A stretch of DNA of 64,000 nucleotides from Carpediemonas membranifera BICM (Eukaryota; Protista; Fornicata). Shown here piece after piece: positions 33,190 to 47,000 of the stretch (positions are counted from its first letter, which is position 1; each line of letters begins with the position of its first letter). The stretch is taken from assembly GCA_019828565.1 (NCBI GenBank), contig JAHDYR010000053.1, positions 284,214-348,213 on the forward strand, given 5' to 3'. Below the pieces are notes generated by a model. The model searched no databases and was not told the origin of the DNA. It was given only the letters and a program-made list of their open reading frames with translations. The position numbers and the translations under genes are program-made.

Positions 33190-33425
33190 TTGTTACATAA
33201 ATACCTAAGAATATGTCTTCGGATGTGGCATGGCATCTTACACTGGCGTGACTACTTCTTCTGCTGCATTCTCGGGCTGTTTTTTGATTTTTGGCAGGAT
33301 ATGTCACATTTTTCGCGATGAACAGCATCCTGAATTACACCATCCGCGTGTCGCCACATTCTTTGAAGGATGCTGCACAGTTGCAAAGCAATAGTAAGTC
33401 GTTAGTCGGAGCAGAGCATGCCCTG

Positions 33426-34274
33426 ATGGGCGTTTATAAGACCGTAGACGACTATCTGGCTGCATCTGTTGGCTCTACACCGCTTTCGACGGTAATAGCC
33501 GATCTGAAGATCAACCGCAGTATCATTCTTTCGAGGAAGCGGCTCCAGCAGTTCCAGAAGTTTGCCGCCACCCCGGCGTTCACTCTCACTTGGTCACGCG
33601 GCGATCGGCCCGAATTGCTAATCAATCGTGTGAGGATGACTGAAGCAGGCCGGGCTAGCTTCATCAAGGCCACAACTGAGGCAATTGAGGCCTACATCAA
33701 AACACACTCGCCCACGTCCATCGATGAGCTTCCCGCGGCTCCGTTCCCGCCGAGCCCACAACAGGAGCCTCGGGCTAAGAACCATCTGCAGTCATCGCTG
33801 AAATCTAAGCGGGAGTCGCCCTTCCAGACCGAGCGCTTGTCCCGTGCCGGCTTCTCTGCCGCGGTTATCAGCAATACACTCAAGATAGAGAGCAGAAAAG
33901 TCGAAAAAACTGCACCTCCACCGTTTATTGACTCGGCTGAGGCCAGGAAACGGGTATTCGACTCGATGTATAGGAGCCTCTACGCCAAGTGCATCAGGCC
34001 CATGGCCGACGTGACGACCGATGTCCTCAAGGGCCTTGGGGACCGGCACATGCGGGTCATGGTTGCTGATCAAATGATTAGGCGAGTATGCGGTGTTTCT
34101 CAGTCCCCCTTTTCGATCGTAGCGAAGCCAAGGCCGGCGACTGCTGTCGGCGAGGCCGGTCCAGGTCAATGCGAGGTCACGGTGAGGATGAACAAGCTCC
34201 GATTCAGGGCGCGGGACAAGTCGAAGTTTATGGAGGATGCGGCGAAGGGGGCGACAGGGGCTGAGCTCGGCTGA
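33426..34274 (+). CDS. Hypothetical protein (start uncertain)
   Basis: Long ORF 33291-34274; no recognised motif. Confidence 0.6.
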   Translation: MGVYKTVDDYLAASVGSTPLSTVIADLKINRSIILSRKRLQQFQKFAATPAFTLTWSRGDRPELLINRVRMTEAGRASFIKATTEAIEAYIKTHSPTSIDELPAAPFPPSPQQEPRAKNHLQSSLKSKRESPFQTERLSRAGFSAAVISNTLKIESRKVEKTAPPPFIDSAEARKRVFDSMYRSLYAKCIRPMADVTTDVLKGLGDRHMRVMVADQMIRRVCGVSQSPFSIVAKPRPATAVGEAGPGQCEVTVRMNKLRFRARDKSKFMEDAAKGATGAELG

Positions 34275-34319
34275 CGGGTTTTAACCATTTTTATTAAAAA
34301 CACGCTTTCCCTCTCTGCT

Positions 34320-34555
34320 GAGGTCGGCCTCTCGGTTCATGTCCGCACCAAACAGCTCGACCTCAGCCAGTGGGACGTCGCCATGACCCGCGTCGTCTAC
34401 TCTTCGAGACCATTCACATGCGCGTGGTCGGCCACATCGGCATGCGCCATCCGCGCCTCATGATCGAGCCCGGCGGCTCCATGGCAATCGATTCGGGCGT
34501 CCAGGCCGAGGCCGTCCTCGTCTCCCGCCAGTCCAACAATGACTGCGAGCATTGA
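34320..34555 (+). pseudogene. Possible degraded coding fragment
   Basis: GC3-rich frame EVGLSVHVRTKQLDLSQWDVAMTRVVY shifts near 34401 into FETIHMRVVGHIGMRHPRLMIEPGG...; no proper start. Confidence 0.3.
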
Positions 34556-35063
34556 GATTACTCGACGCCGACACCTCAACAATTGGGCAGACCCGTGGCC
34601 GTGACCTCTGTGACGCCCAGTGGCCTTAGCCTGCACTATTTGATTCATTCATAAACTGAGCTGCTTCCTCTCCGTTTGGTTCGTCACACCTCAGCTCGAC
34701 CGGCCTGAAATCTGATAAATTCCGTTCCGCAAGCCTGATCGTCGAGATCGGCGCAGTCGATCAGTTGATTGGGGATTTAGGGGTCAACGCGGGTCAGGCA
34801 TGCTCGAGAGAAGTGGACCCTGGACGTTTCTGAGGGCTCTTCTTTTTTGGGCGTGGACATCAGCACAGTTCGCTGCACTCCCGTCCAGAGCCGAAGCCGT
34901 CCTCCTCCCATCCGCACTAACAACCAGGTGCCAACCCGCAGACCCGAGAATCAACACGCAAAGTGTCTAGATGCAATATTCCGCATCGAAACGCCTGACA
35001 CACAAATCAGGCGGCACGCCCCACCATACTATAACATACGCTTTATATCACACATTAAACTGC

Positions 35064-38000
35064 TTAATTTCCCTTACCATTAAGGTAGAACTCCCAGCGC
35101 ACCAAGCCACCTTCCGAGCCCGTCGTCGCGGAGACAACAAGCGTAGCGGGTGCCCGCACCGGCGTCGTCGGCTTGTACTGCACGGTGATGTTGATAGCCT
35201 TGTCTGGAGCTAGAGTCTCGCGTGTGACAGGCAGGATGAAGGCGCTGCTGCCACCGAGGATCTGGTACGTCATGACTACGGGCGACTTAAAGGGCGACTT
35301 GAACTGGATCTGCACAGAACCATTGAGGGAGATATCGAAGGGGCCCTGCGGCTGGGGGTGTTTGCAGCGGCCGCTCAGGGGGATTGTGAACGTGCCGCCA
35401 GACGGGTCGGCGATGGTGACGATGGCACGAGTATCGCCGAGAGATGAGGGGACAAATTGGATGGGGATCTGCACCTCCACACCGTTGACGTCAGTAGCAG
35501 CCGGGGCGGCCAGTGTAGCAGGTACGGTGAAGTCGGCCGAGTCACACGAGACCTTGTACGTGACAGCGGAGTCCTTGAGCGACGTGATGCGGCCGATCTG
35601 CTCTTGAACGTTACCCAGCGGGCACTCGAAATGAAGGCTCTCTTCGGGCGGCGGGTCTCTTGCAGTGAGGCTCAGCTTGTGCCGGAGCACGCCAAGCTTG
35701 TCCGAGGTGAACGTCAGCTCGGTCTCGACGGGGCCACCCTTGTCAGTGGGGACGAGAGGACGATACGTGACGTCGATCGTGCTGCTCGACTTAGGCTTGA
35801 GTGCGACGGTCTGCGGCAGGAATACGGCGGCGTCAGGGCAGGCAGAGGTGAACGTGACGGGCGATTCGAGGGGGTTCTCGAGCCGCAGTGTGTGCACTGC
35901 AGGCTTGCGGGCGAGAGTCTCAAGGCTGATCGCAGAGACGACCCCGGGAGGCCTTGCCGTGTACTCGAACGTGTGCTTGATATACTCTCCTGTACGGGCG
36001 TTCGTGAGTACAATATCGCCCAAGAACACACCCGCGACGTGCGAGAAGAACGTGATTGCGTAGTCCCTGGACGTGAGAGACGGGACGTCGATGGCAGCGG
36101 GGCCTGTGACCGAGGCTGACTCGAGCAGGGCTGGGTTCCGGACGCCGCGGGACACGCCCGGCTGGGGTGTGCCCGCAGAGGACTGGCGGCGGGACGAAGG
36201 ACGGCTGCCGGACTTGCTGGTCTTGGGCACGTCAATCTTCGCCTCGTATGCGTCGCGGAGGACAAGCTCTGCCGTGAACCGCTGGGAGACGGGCAGCCAG
36301 TTGCTGACGTCGACCTCCGTCTTGTACGAGAACTTGGCGATGGTTTCCCACGTGTGGTGACCTGCATCCTCGGGCGCGGTGGCAGTTCCTTCGAGGGAGA
36401 TGAGCTTGGCGGTGCCGTCCGGCAGAGGAACCAGCAGCGAGCCGAGAACGGGCTCCGTAGTCATGCGCTGGGGCTTGAACGTGACCGTGATGTCCTTGGA
36501 GCCGCGTGCGGGAACGACAAGCACATCAACGGTGCTGAATGGCTGGCCGCCGTAGAGGTCGTCGTCCTTCTGGACCTCAGCCTCTTCGACGGACTCTCCC
36601 TTGGCGGCACGTATGGTCTTCTGGAGCTGGGACGTCGCCATGACCGAGGGACGGAGGCGCCACTCCCGCTCAGTGGGGTTGGCGATGCTTACAGTCTTCA
36701 CTGCGGTTCCACGGACAGGGCATTCGAGCGCGATGGTTTCTGTGGCACTCGCGACAGCTACAGAGGCGCCGCTGAACGTGACGGCGACGGGGTCGTGAAC
36801 CGACTTTGTGGAGTCATCGTCCATGACGAAGGCGCACTGTACGTCTCTGACAACGATGCTTTCATCGATGGAGGTCGGCTCGAACGTGACAACAATGTCA
36901 ATGTCCGAGTTGCGGTCAATGACGCCGCTCGTCTTGTCGATTGAGAAGTGCGGCTTCAGCTTCTCAATGTCCCACCTGAAGTGGGTATCGATATCGCCGT
37001 CGTTTTGGAGCTTCAACACCCTGGTGACCTTGTTGCCGTATACGACGGGCGGGAACACGAGTTGCTCGGTGTCGAGCCTGAGCGATCGGCCAAGAGCAGC
37101 ACCGCTCACCTTGAACAACTCAATGACATCGCCAGCAACCTCAACGGAGACGGGGACGTCGTTAAAGTGCGTCCGACCGCGAGGCTCGTAGCTGATCATC
37201 ACCATTCCGTGGTGGTCCGGCTTCAGCTCGATCTCCTCCTGAGGGGTCGGCGTAGCAGTGCTCTTAACCTGCTCGGGCATGCCAGGCCTGCGCTTAGGGG
37301 CGACCGTCTCGTTGACTAGGCCGACCCGGAGGTAGGGGGGAATCGACGGCATGCAGAGCTTGACCTTCATGGGCGCCTTCGATCTGTTGGTGAACCGTAC
37401 CTCGCGAGTCCGCTTGGTTCCGACGTTGATGGCGCCGATAGACACATCCTTGCTGGCACACTCAAGGGCGAGAGGCGTGCCCGACCCTTCGACGGTGACA
37501 TGCATTGTTAGGAGCCCGTTGATGACAAACGGGATCATGTCGCGATAGTGGGTCGCCTGGCGTGGCTTAAACATGAGTCTGAAAGTCGTGCTCTCGCCTG
37601 GAGCCAGGATGGTGGGTGCGGCGTCACGCATCTCGAGGTGAGGCACCTTTGTGGCGTCGAAGCCGGGGTCGACCGACAAAGTATGCTGATCCTTGTTGGT
37701 GATGACGATGTCAACGTGGGCGATGCTATCTTCAGACATGCCGCCGTGGTAGATAAACTGCGGGCCAAAGTCGTGCTTCGTGAGGTTAAACGCGAGCTTG
37801 GGCCTGACTGCCTTGCCTGTGACATCGAGGAGGTACTTATGACCACTAGCGACAGATACGGCGACGGTTTCCTTGAGAGTGACCTCCGTTTGCGGGAAGA
37901 AGCTGAGTGTGAGCTCGCCATGGGCACCGGGAGCGACCGTGCCAGAGACGGGCAGGACGCTCATATGACGGTTGTCCGGGGCCCGGATGGCAAAGTTCAT

Positions 38001-41000
38001 GGGGAACCGACCGTTGTTGACCAGGCGGAAGAGCTGGGCGCGCTTCTCCTGCAGGAAAATAGTACCCAGGTCAATCTCCGACGGGGAGTCGTAACGGAGC
38101 TTGACGGGCTCGGGCCCAGCAAGGATGAGTTCCTCGTGCACGGCGAATCCGACACCCTTGACGTTGATGCTGATAGGCGTCTCCTTGCGGTCAACGCGGC
38201 CGACGATCTGGTAGTTGTATTCACGTTCCTCGGTTGGCCTGAACTTGATGGCGAGTTCGACAGAGCTGTTGGCGTCGATGTGACCCTCAGCGGGCTCGAT
38301 AGTAACAGCAGGAGGCGTCTTATCACCGCGGGCGAGCTGGACAGCAAAATCTCTGAAGCTGAGCGTCATTTCCGAGTTGTTGGTGAGTGTCACGGCCTTA
38401 ACCTGCTCCTGCTCGGAACCGATGAGAAGGGATCCAAAGTTGATGGACGACCTGTTGACGGAGACGTCAGGCTCAGAGGGGAAGCCAAGGACGAGGAATG
38501 GTACGATGTTGCGGGGTCGGCCTTGGACGGACACCTCGAGGTTGAGATACGCCTCGACACGCTCCATGTGCGTTGGGATGAACTCGAAGGACATCTGCTT
38601 GCGGTAGCTGGAGGTTGCCTGGTCGCGGATGAGGCTGCCCGAGGCGGTGGTGACGGCGAGAGACTTGGGCTTGTCACCAACAGGAAGCCAGCGGAACGTG
38701 GGTTCGCGGGTAAACGCCTGGCCGGGGACGACGGGCACGATGGCCGTAAAGTGGCCGGACTTGCGGACCCGGAGGCCTGTGGCGTCGATGCGGAAGACCT
38801 TGGCCTCGGACCTTTCCCAGCCAGACTCCGGGGGCCGCAGGTCGGCGGTGTTGAGGAGGTACTGCTGGGAGACGTCGAGGTTGAAGTGGATGTCGGGCTG
38901 CAGGGTCGCTGAGTCGAGGTAGACCAGGAATTTGTGGGCGTGCGCCTCGTCCTCCATCTCATGTTCGAGCCCGGCGACAGTGAGGGCAGCGAACCCTTCG
39001 TACGCCATAGCCTGCTGCGGATGGAACTGGAACGACAGCTGGGCAGTTTCCCCGGGCGGGACGGAGCCATGGGCGGGGGCTACCGTGAAGCCTGGGTCCG
39101 CCTGAACACCGATGTCGCCCTCAATCTCCTTACGCTCGACCATCCACGAGTACTCGACAGCGACAGAGCCCGTGTTGGCGAGGGGGACCGTGACGGCGCG
39201 GGTTTCGTACATGATCGTGCCAGCGAACTGTATATGGTACGACTTGACGGTCACCTCCTCCCCGTCCTCGACGAACTTCATGTCCTCGGGCTCGATGCCC
39301 AGGCTGAACTCGGGGTTGCCGCACGTGCACACGAGTCCGAGGCGGAGGCATACTTCTTCAGACGTCTCGCCCTCGGGCAGGACGGGTCTGTAGTAGCACT
39401 GCAGAGCGGTCGTGTCGGGTGTGTAGGCGACCGGCTCGTCCGCCCGGAATGTGACATCGACGAGGAGCTCCTGGCCTGGCCCGAGCTCACCAGATTCGGG
39501 CTCGACTGTGACACCGTCCGGGATGTTGGACATGACGACGGACTCGGCCTTGGCGGGCTTCTTGGCGGTCTTGGTCTTTGCCTTAGGGTCGTCGGGCTCG
39601 GCGAGGTCGGCGAGTCTCTTCCTGATCTCGTCATTCTGCTTCCAGTCGAACGTGAACAACTGGCGCGAGGTGTTGACGAGCTTGAATGAAACCGTCTTGG
39701 ACGCACCAGTAAAGGCGTCACCAATGCGAACAATGGAGGTCTCATCGCCAGGCAGCTCAGCAGCGACAATGTCGGTACTATACGCCGTGCCGAACAGCGG
39801 AATGGCGACAGTCTCGTACTCGTTGTTGTCCACCGTCAGCCTGAGGGCGAACTTGCTGTCGTGGTCCGAGTCGCTGGCTGGCGCGTACGTCACCTGGATG
39901 GTGGCCGAGTCGCTGCCGTCGAGCTGGTCCACGGAGACCAGGGCGCCGCCGTTGAGTCTAAACGGACAGTTGCCACCAGCACGGACGAGCTGGTCGTCCA
40001 CTGAACGAACCAGGCTGCCTCGTACAGTGGCTGCAATCTGGCCGACACAGCGGACGACGACCTTGCGGTGAGTCTGAGTGTTCATCATGTTCTTGCCGAA
40101 GAACAAGGCGTATTGGTCCGCTACCTCGGACCCGCCGGCTCTGGGCTTCGACTGGGACCCTGGCCGCCCCTTGCCCTTGGTCTTGTCGGCTGCGGGAGCG
40201 ACTACAGACTCGGCGAGGCGGGCCTCGATTTCAGAGGCTGGGACGGGTTCGGGGTGGGTCAGCTGGATGTGAGGCAGCGAACCCTCGCCGCGGACAGTAA
40301 AGCGGAGCTGCTGGTGGGCTGCGAGTGCGGGTTGCTTGGGCTCAGAAGCACCCTTGCCACCCTTGCGGGCAGTGACAGGCTGTGTGGAGGTCTCGCCCAC
40401 TTCCGCGGTGACGGCGAAGTTGGCCTCATAAACAGCCATGTGCGTGGGCTTAAAGGAGCAGGTGACATATACTGACTGGCGGGGGGCGAGGTACACGTGT
40501 GACGGCTCGACAGTAAACGCGGACGGGGGCTCATCAGCGGGCTTGCCGGCCTTTGCTGGCGTCTTAGCCCCCTTGGCGCCACTCGAAGTCGAGGGCCGAG
40601 CTGGATCTCTGCCGTCCACGGCGATGTCGAGGGCTACAGGAACCTTGAACGGGTTCGTGAGCTTGTACCTGGCCTGCTTCGTGACGCCAGGCAGCACTTG
40701 GCCGAACTGGAAGACACCGCCGTCCTTTCCTTGGCGGACGAAGACGAAGGTGTCGTCAACAACCGACGTGTCTTCTCCGGCGCGGGAGACGATCTTGTGC
40801 TCCTCAAAGATGGAGGCGTAGTTCTCGACATCGATGCCAGGAACAGAAGACTCGCCGTCCACGGTATACCGCACACCGCACAGGTTCTCGGGCTCGATGT
40901 CGCCCACCTCGGGTCCGGCCGACTCAGCTGGGTCTCTACCCGTGATGTCTAGGCCGATGAGCTCCGTGCCAGCCCACTGACCGTGTGCCGTGAAGGCCAC

Positions 41001-44000
41001 AGAGACCTGGACAGACGAGCCGGGCTCGACGGAGCCGTGGGCCGGCGTGAGGGTGAACATGCCGCCGGCCAGGGTGAGTTCGCCGCCGAGCTCCGCTGGA
41101 GTGACGACGACGGGGTCGCCCGCGAGGACAGGTGTTTCGCCCTTGGTAGGCTTGGGTGCCTTGGCGCCTGTGCTGGGGCGAACGGGGGCGACCTCGCCGT
41201 TCTTGACAGCAGTGAGTCGCGCGGTCTTCTGCTCTGCAGCTGCAGCGAACCGTGCCTGCTCAATGCGCTTGATCTCTTCCGACTGACCAAAGGTGAAGTT
41301 GAAGGGGAACGCGCCCGTGTTGGCGAGCTCGAACTGTCTCGTCTTCACAGCGCCGTCAGCGAGCGCGCCGAAAGAGAGTGACCGGGCAGGAGTAAGCTTC
41401 CACTTGTTGAACGTCGCGCTAGCCTTAGCTGGGATGGGCAGTGTGTCCACCACCTCACCCGTGGCATCCTCGATGATTTGGACAAGCATCGCCTTGTTAG
41501 AGGCGTAGAAGAACTCGCGGTCGACTCCGAACGCAACCTTCACCTTTCCGGGAGCGACTACAGGTGCGCCCTTGACTTGCTTCGTCTCGGGCGGGGCAAT
41601 GGGTAGAATACCGCCGACCTTGTCGACCACAAGAAGGCCGTTGAGCTCGGCAGACACGAGGAACTTATATCTAATGTCGTACACACCCGTGTTCCGAAGC
41701 GTAATCTCAGTTTCACGGACCTCGTTCACGCGCAGGTTCTCGAAGTCGACGTGGGGCGCGTTATCAGGCATGTCCAGCTCGACACCGATACGGTAGCCCT
41801 CCGCATGGACCTTGCAGGCGGTCGTGTGGATCGGGGAGGGGAGTGCATCGGCAAAGGCAGGCGCATACGGGTCGACCGGCTTCTTCCCGTCCTTCTTGCG
41901 GCGTGGAGCGTTGGGTACCGGCTTCTTTTCGACGAGCTGGGCGACAATGGCCTTGGGAACCTCGGTCTGGTCGTAAACTTCGATGACAATGTCTTCTTCG
42001 AACTTCTCGACACACTTACTCTGGAAGGTGACGGTGAGGTCAGTGCTCGACTGCCCCCTGCGGCCGAGGAGGAGGCCACATTCAGGGGCGATGGACATGT
42101 CGGCCTTAGCCAGCTTCTCCTTCGACTCGGGCGAGAGTCTCCACACGGCATGCAGGGAGGAGGAGTTCGTGATGGTCGCAGTCATCGTCGCGGTCCTATT
42201 GAGCAACAGCCGCTCGAACTCGACTGTCTCCGACGCCATTCTGATACGAGGCACGTCACCCACGACCTTGAACGGCACGACGACGGGGGAGGGGTTGTTC
42301 TCCATAGTGATAAGGAGCTGGTCTTCCACAGGTCCGAACACATCAGGGTATGCGAGCACCTGCACCGTCTTGAGTTCCCCGGGGGCGATGGTGAGCTCGG
42401 ACTCGCTGGTGTGGAAGCAGGATGACTCCTCGTACTCCGTCTTCGAGTCGAAGATCCGGACTGGTTCAGCTGGGGGCGGGGCCTTGCCCTTGGCTTTGGG
42501 GTTCTTCTCGCCCTTCTTCTCAGCCACAGGAGGTGCGAGCTCGCATTCCGTGATCGTGGGGTCGGCTTCAATCGTCTTGAGCTCCCGACTCTTGCCGTGG
42601 CCGCCGTAGCGCCACACGAGCTTGGCCTTGATGGGGAGGGGCTCCACGTTGACCAGGGCGACTGTCTGAACATGGTGCTTATGGGGCATCTCAGGGCCAG
42701 TATCCCAAGCGACTCCAGTGCAGTCGACCGCGCCCTGGTCGGTCACCCAGGGTGCGGGGGTGAAGCGGTGGCGGTTGAGACGCAGGGAACCGAAGGAGAA
42801 GAGGCCGATCGAGTCGAGGCGGGTAACGGGGCCCTTCACGGGCTCCGTAGACGAGGGGATCCACCCAGTCACCGCGTTCTCAGCACCCTTGTTGCTTCCA
42901 GGGAGCAGGACGTGCGGGCTCGTGTTGATTGCGGGCAGGGTGGCTGTGGCCTTGAGCAGGACAGGCCAGCTGCGGGTACTAAGCCCAACCACGCCGAACG
43001 TCAGGGTGCGGCGGACAGTGCAGGCTATGTCGGACTTGAACAGGGCGTACACGACCTTCTTCTTGCCCGCGGGGATGGTCCACCGCGCGTGCACAGGCGT
43101 GGGTTCCGTCTTGGCAGGCTCGGCAGCCTCAGAAAGAGAGGCGCGGGAGCCCCGGGAAGACGAGCGGGAGAGGCGGGGGGAGGCGGGCGTCTGGTGGGCG
43201 TTCGAGGGGCGGCGAGGTGGCTTGGGCACTGTGTCGACGATGGTGAAGACAACAGACGAATCCTGGCAAGGCACGAACTTGCCAGCGGGGTTTCGAATGG
43301 CGGTGGTGTTGCTAGGCGCGGTCTTTGGTCTGTAAACCACCTCAAAGCGCTCGTTCTCGCCGTACCCGTCAAACGGCGCGGGGGGCTTAAATTGCACTTC
43401 TTCTTGGAACAGCTCGCGGATGCCATCGTCGCTCGCAGACTTGTCGGGAACAATAGAGCGGTGAATGCCGCCCGAGGGGACCGGCTGGCGTGCCATAGCG
43501 TCCTCGAGCTCGTCTCTTGCGTCGAGGAGTTGCTTCTGGAGGAACTCGCGGCGTCTCCTGAGCGTAGTTAGCTCGCGCTTGTGCTGACGGCGCTTGAACT
43601 GGATAAGCTCTCTCTCAGCACCCGACATGCGCTCCCAGTCCTCCTCGTCGACGTCCTTGACCTCCGTGGGGAGCTCAGGGGCGTCGGGGAGGCTGTCAAT
43701 CTGCTCCTCGATCCTGGCAATAGACCTGAACACGGGCAGGGCGGCTGGGATGTCGAGGGCGAGGAAGTGGACGGGGAATGGCATTGTGCGGAGTGTTTCC
43801 GAGAGACTGTCGCCCTCCTCGACGGCGACAGCGGACTTGTCCAAGATAGCTTGGGCGATCGCTTTGTGAGAGTCGGCCACGGGGTCGGCTGGGGCGGGCA
43901 GGCTCTCGCGAGAGGCGTTGCCCTTGCTTAGGCTGGCCTTGTGCTCTGGGCAATCGCTCATGGGGAGGAGCTCCGAGAGGTGGAAGACGACCGGGTCTGA

Positions 44001-47000
44001 CGGGGGGAACGTGCGCTGGGCGATCTCCTCGGTGAGGGCGTCCATGCCACCGCGGACGACGTCTGCACCCCAGACCTGGGCGATCGAGTCGACTAGGGCC
44101 TCCGTGTCGAGGGTGTCGGCCGGTGCACGGGCAGTGACGATGACCACGGGAGGAATTGGTGCGTCCTCGGTCTTGTCTGCCACGTTCTCTATGGGTATGA
44201 TGGCGCGGTCGTCTAGGTATCCTCCAAACTCCTTCCTTGCCGCGAATTCCTTGCGGAAAGTACTGTCGAAGTCCATGCAGAACACCTCTATGGGGTGCGC
44301 CGAGTTGTTGACGAGTTCAACGGGCGCATGAGAGCCCAGGGTCGACCGGGGAAGCATGGCAGGGATCTCGACCTCAGAGGGGCCGATGGTGATCTCGGGG
44401 TCTACGCCGGTCCCCGTGGCCGATACGTGGAGCAGCTTGCTGTTGGCCACCTTCAGGGCGACAGAGGCTGAGTTCTTGCCGGCCTCGATTGGGGTAAAGA
44501 TGGCGTCAATCTCGAGGTCACCAGTGGGGGGAACCGTGCCGGCGGGAGGGTCGAGGGTGACCGTGGGAGTCTTGCCCTTGGAGTTGAACACGGTCTGGGT
44601 GACCGCGAAGTCGCAGGGGAGCGGCTCAGCATTGTGCAGTTTAAGCCGCAATTTCTGAGCTTGACCGAGGAAGACTTCTCCGAATGAGAGAGACGGAGGG
44701 ATAGTGGAGAGACGTGGAGTGACGATAACAGCCTCAAACCTCACAGCGACACCCATACCGTTGTTCGGACGAATGGGGATGTTGACGAAGAACGGCATGC
44801 CGCCAGTTTTCCTTAAACTGCTTTCGTTAGGATCCCTCGTCTTCAGACTCTGTGGCCTGAGCTCGATCTTGATGGTAGTACTGTCGCCCACGGCGACGGG
44901 GCTGAGCTTGGGCGGGTCCATCTTGAGGCCGTGTGAGGCCATGAGTTGTTGGTCTGGCGTGAACGTCATCTTGCTGGGGCCGTAGTTCTTGAGGGTAAAG
45001 GTCACCGTGGCCGAGCCGTCCCATAGGACAGGGCCGAAGGAGTGGCGATAGGTGGCGTAGACCGCGGAGCGAAGCATGCCGTTGAGACCGCCGGCAGAGG
45101 CCACGCGGCGGGGACGGAGGCCGCCTGCCGTGACAACCGCGGTGGTTGCGTTGGCGAGCGACTCGTTTGCGCCTACAGCCTCGACCACGGCGAGTCTGTC
45201 GGCCTCAGCCTCGAGCTCCTCCTGCGTGTGAGGCTCGGGCAGGATAGTGTCGTCAAGCTCGGTCTCCCGGGGCAGCGATAGGGCCATTCTCTGGAACGTG
45301 GCGACTCCGGCGACTCTGATAGGCCTGGGTTCGAGGAAACCTACCCGGAGAGTGGCGGTGATGTCGTAGTGTCGCGGGACGGAGGGGTCGACCACGAGTT
45401 GGATCGGAGTCGTCGACCTCGACCCAGACCCCGCTGGGAAGAGGGTACCGCCGCTCGGCTCGGCGCGGAGATGGCTATGCGGGGGACAATGGATGGCGAA
45501 CTTGAACGGAACCAGGCCGGTGTTAGAGAGGACGACCTCCTTTGACACGGCCGTGGTGAACAGAGTTGGGTCCATCTCGACAGTGTCGTTCGACAGTGTG
45601 TACGCGATGCCCGAGGCAGACCCTGAGAGCCGCAGCTTGCGGGTCGGCCCGCCCTCGATGTGGGCGAGTGCCGTGCATGAGCAGGCAGTGTCAGCGTGGG
45701 CGTGGTACGTCACCGTGATGTCCACAGACTCGCCCTTCGCCATCTCAAAGGCGGTAGGGGTGATCTCGAACGTCCTGTTCGACGGGATATATCTGCCGTC
45801 CTCCTTGGCCTGCTCGACCTCCTGCTTGGCCTCAAGATACGACCACTTGATACGGACGGGCGTATCCAGCCCGCATGTGTTTGTCAGCCGAAGCCGACGG
45901 GTCTGGACCGAGTCATTGAGGCAGGTGCCAAATGAGACGAGCGGGTTTCCGGCGAGGTCGAGGCCGTCGCATGAGACATCAGGGTAGGCTACGGTTGCCT
46001 TGAGACTGATAGGGTGGACGTGGTCGTGGCGCTCGACCCGTATGAGGAGCTTGTCCTTGATATTGACGAACTCGCGGCCCGGTGATGCGACCAGCGGGTC
46101 AAATGTGAGGGTAAAGCGGCGGATTGATCCGGCTGCGAACTCACGGTCGACGCTGCCACCGGTAACAACGGCTGGCTCGGCGTCTGAGTCGGCGGGGAGT
46201 ACTTCTGTAAGCACGAAGGGCGCTGGGCAGACGAGCTTGGCCACCAGGTCGAGCTGGGAGGCGTTGGTGATCGAGAAGGTCTGGCTCTTCACGAGGGCGC
46301 CCTCGTAGTCCCCGTCGTGCTCGGGTTGGTACTCGTAGTTGAAAGCCATGGCATCCGACGACACCTTGAACAGCGGCTCGATGAACGTCGCCCTAAGTCG
46401 GGGAGAGAACGCAGTTTTCGCAGAACCGCCGCCCTTGCCGTCGGCATTGGCCACTTGGATGAACCAGTGTTCGTCGAGCTTGGAGGGAGTCTTGCTCGTG
46501 CCTGTGAGAGCAAACGTCACCTGGCTCTGGCGAGGGATGGTCTCTTTGGGGCTGTTGAGGGTGAAGCTCGGCCTGGGGCCGTCCTTGGGCGCGGCCGGGT
46601 TGAATGTAACGAGCTTTGTCCGCTTGTTCTCACCCTCGCCCTCCGTGACTGGGATCTCGCAAAGCCACGAGACGGTCTGCGCTGTCAGACCGTAGTTGGC
46701 AAGGGTGACTGTGCGGGTGAGCTGGCGGCCGGTGAAGGCCTGACCCAGCTCAACGATGCCGTTGATGATCTCCAAATCCCGGCGGATCTCGTTGTCACCA
46801 ACAATGACTGGGAGGACGGTCGACCCCTCGCCTCTGGCCTCAATGGCGATCTTACAGTCGGAGTTATCCCTCTGGGGCACTCTGCCCGAGTCGCCCGTGA
46901 TGGGCTCGTGGGATGAAATGAGAACAAACTCTGCGGCGTACTTTCCCGTGTTCTCCAAGAACAACGTGACTGGGATATCGACGTGCTTGTGGGGCGGGAT

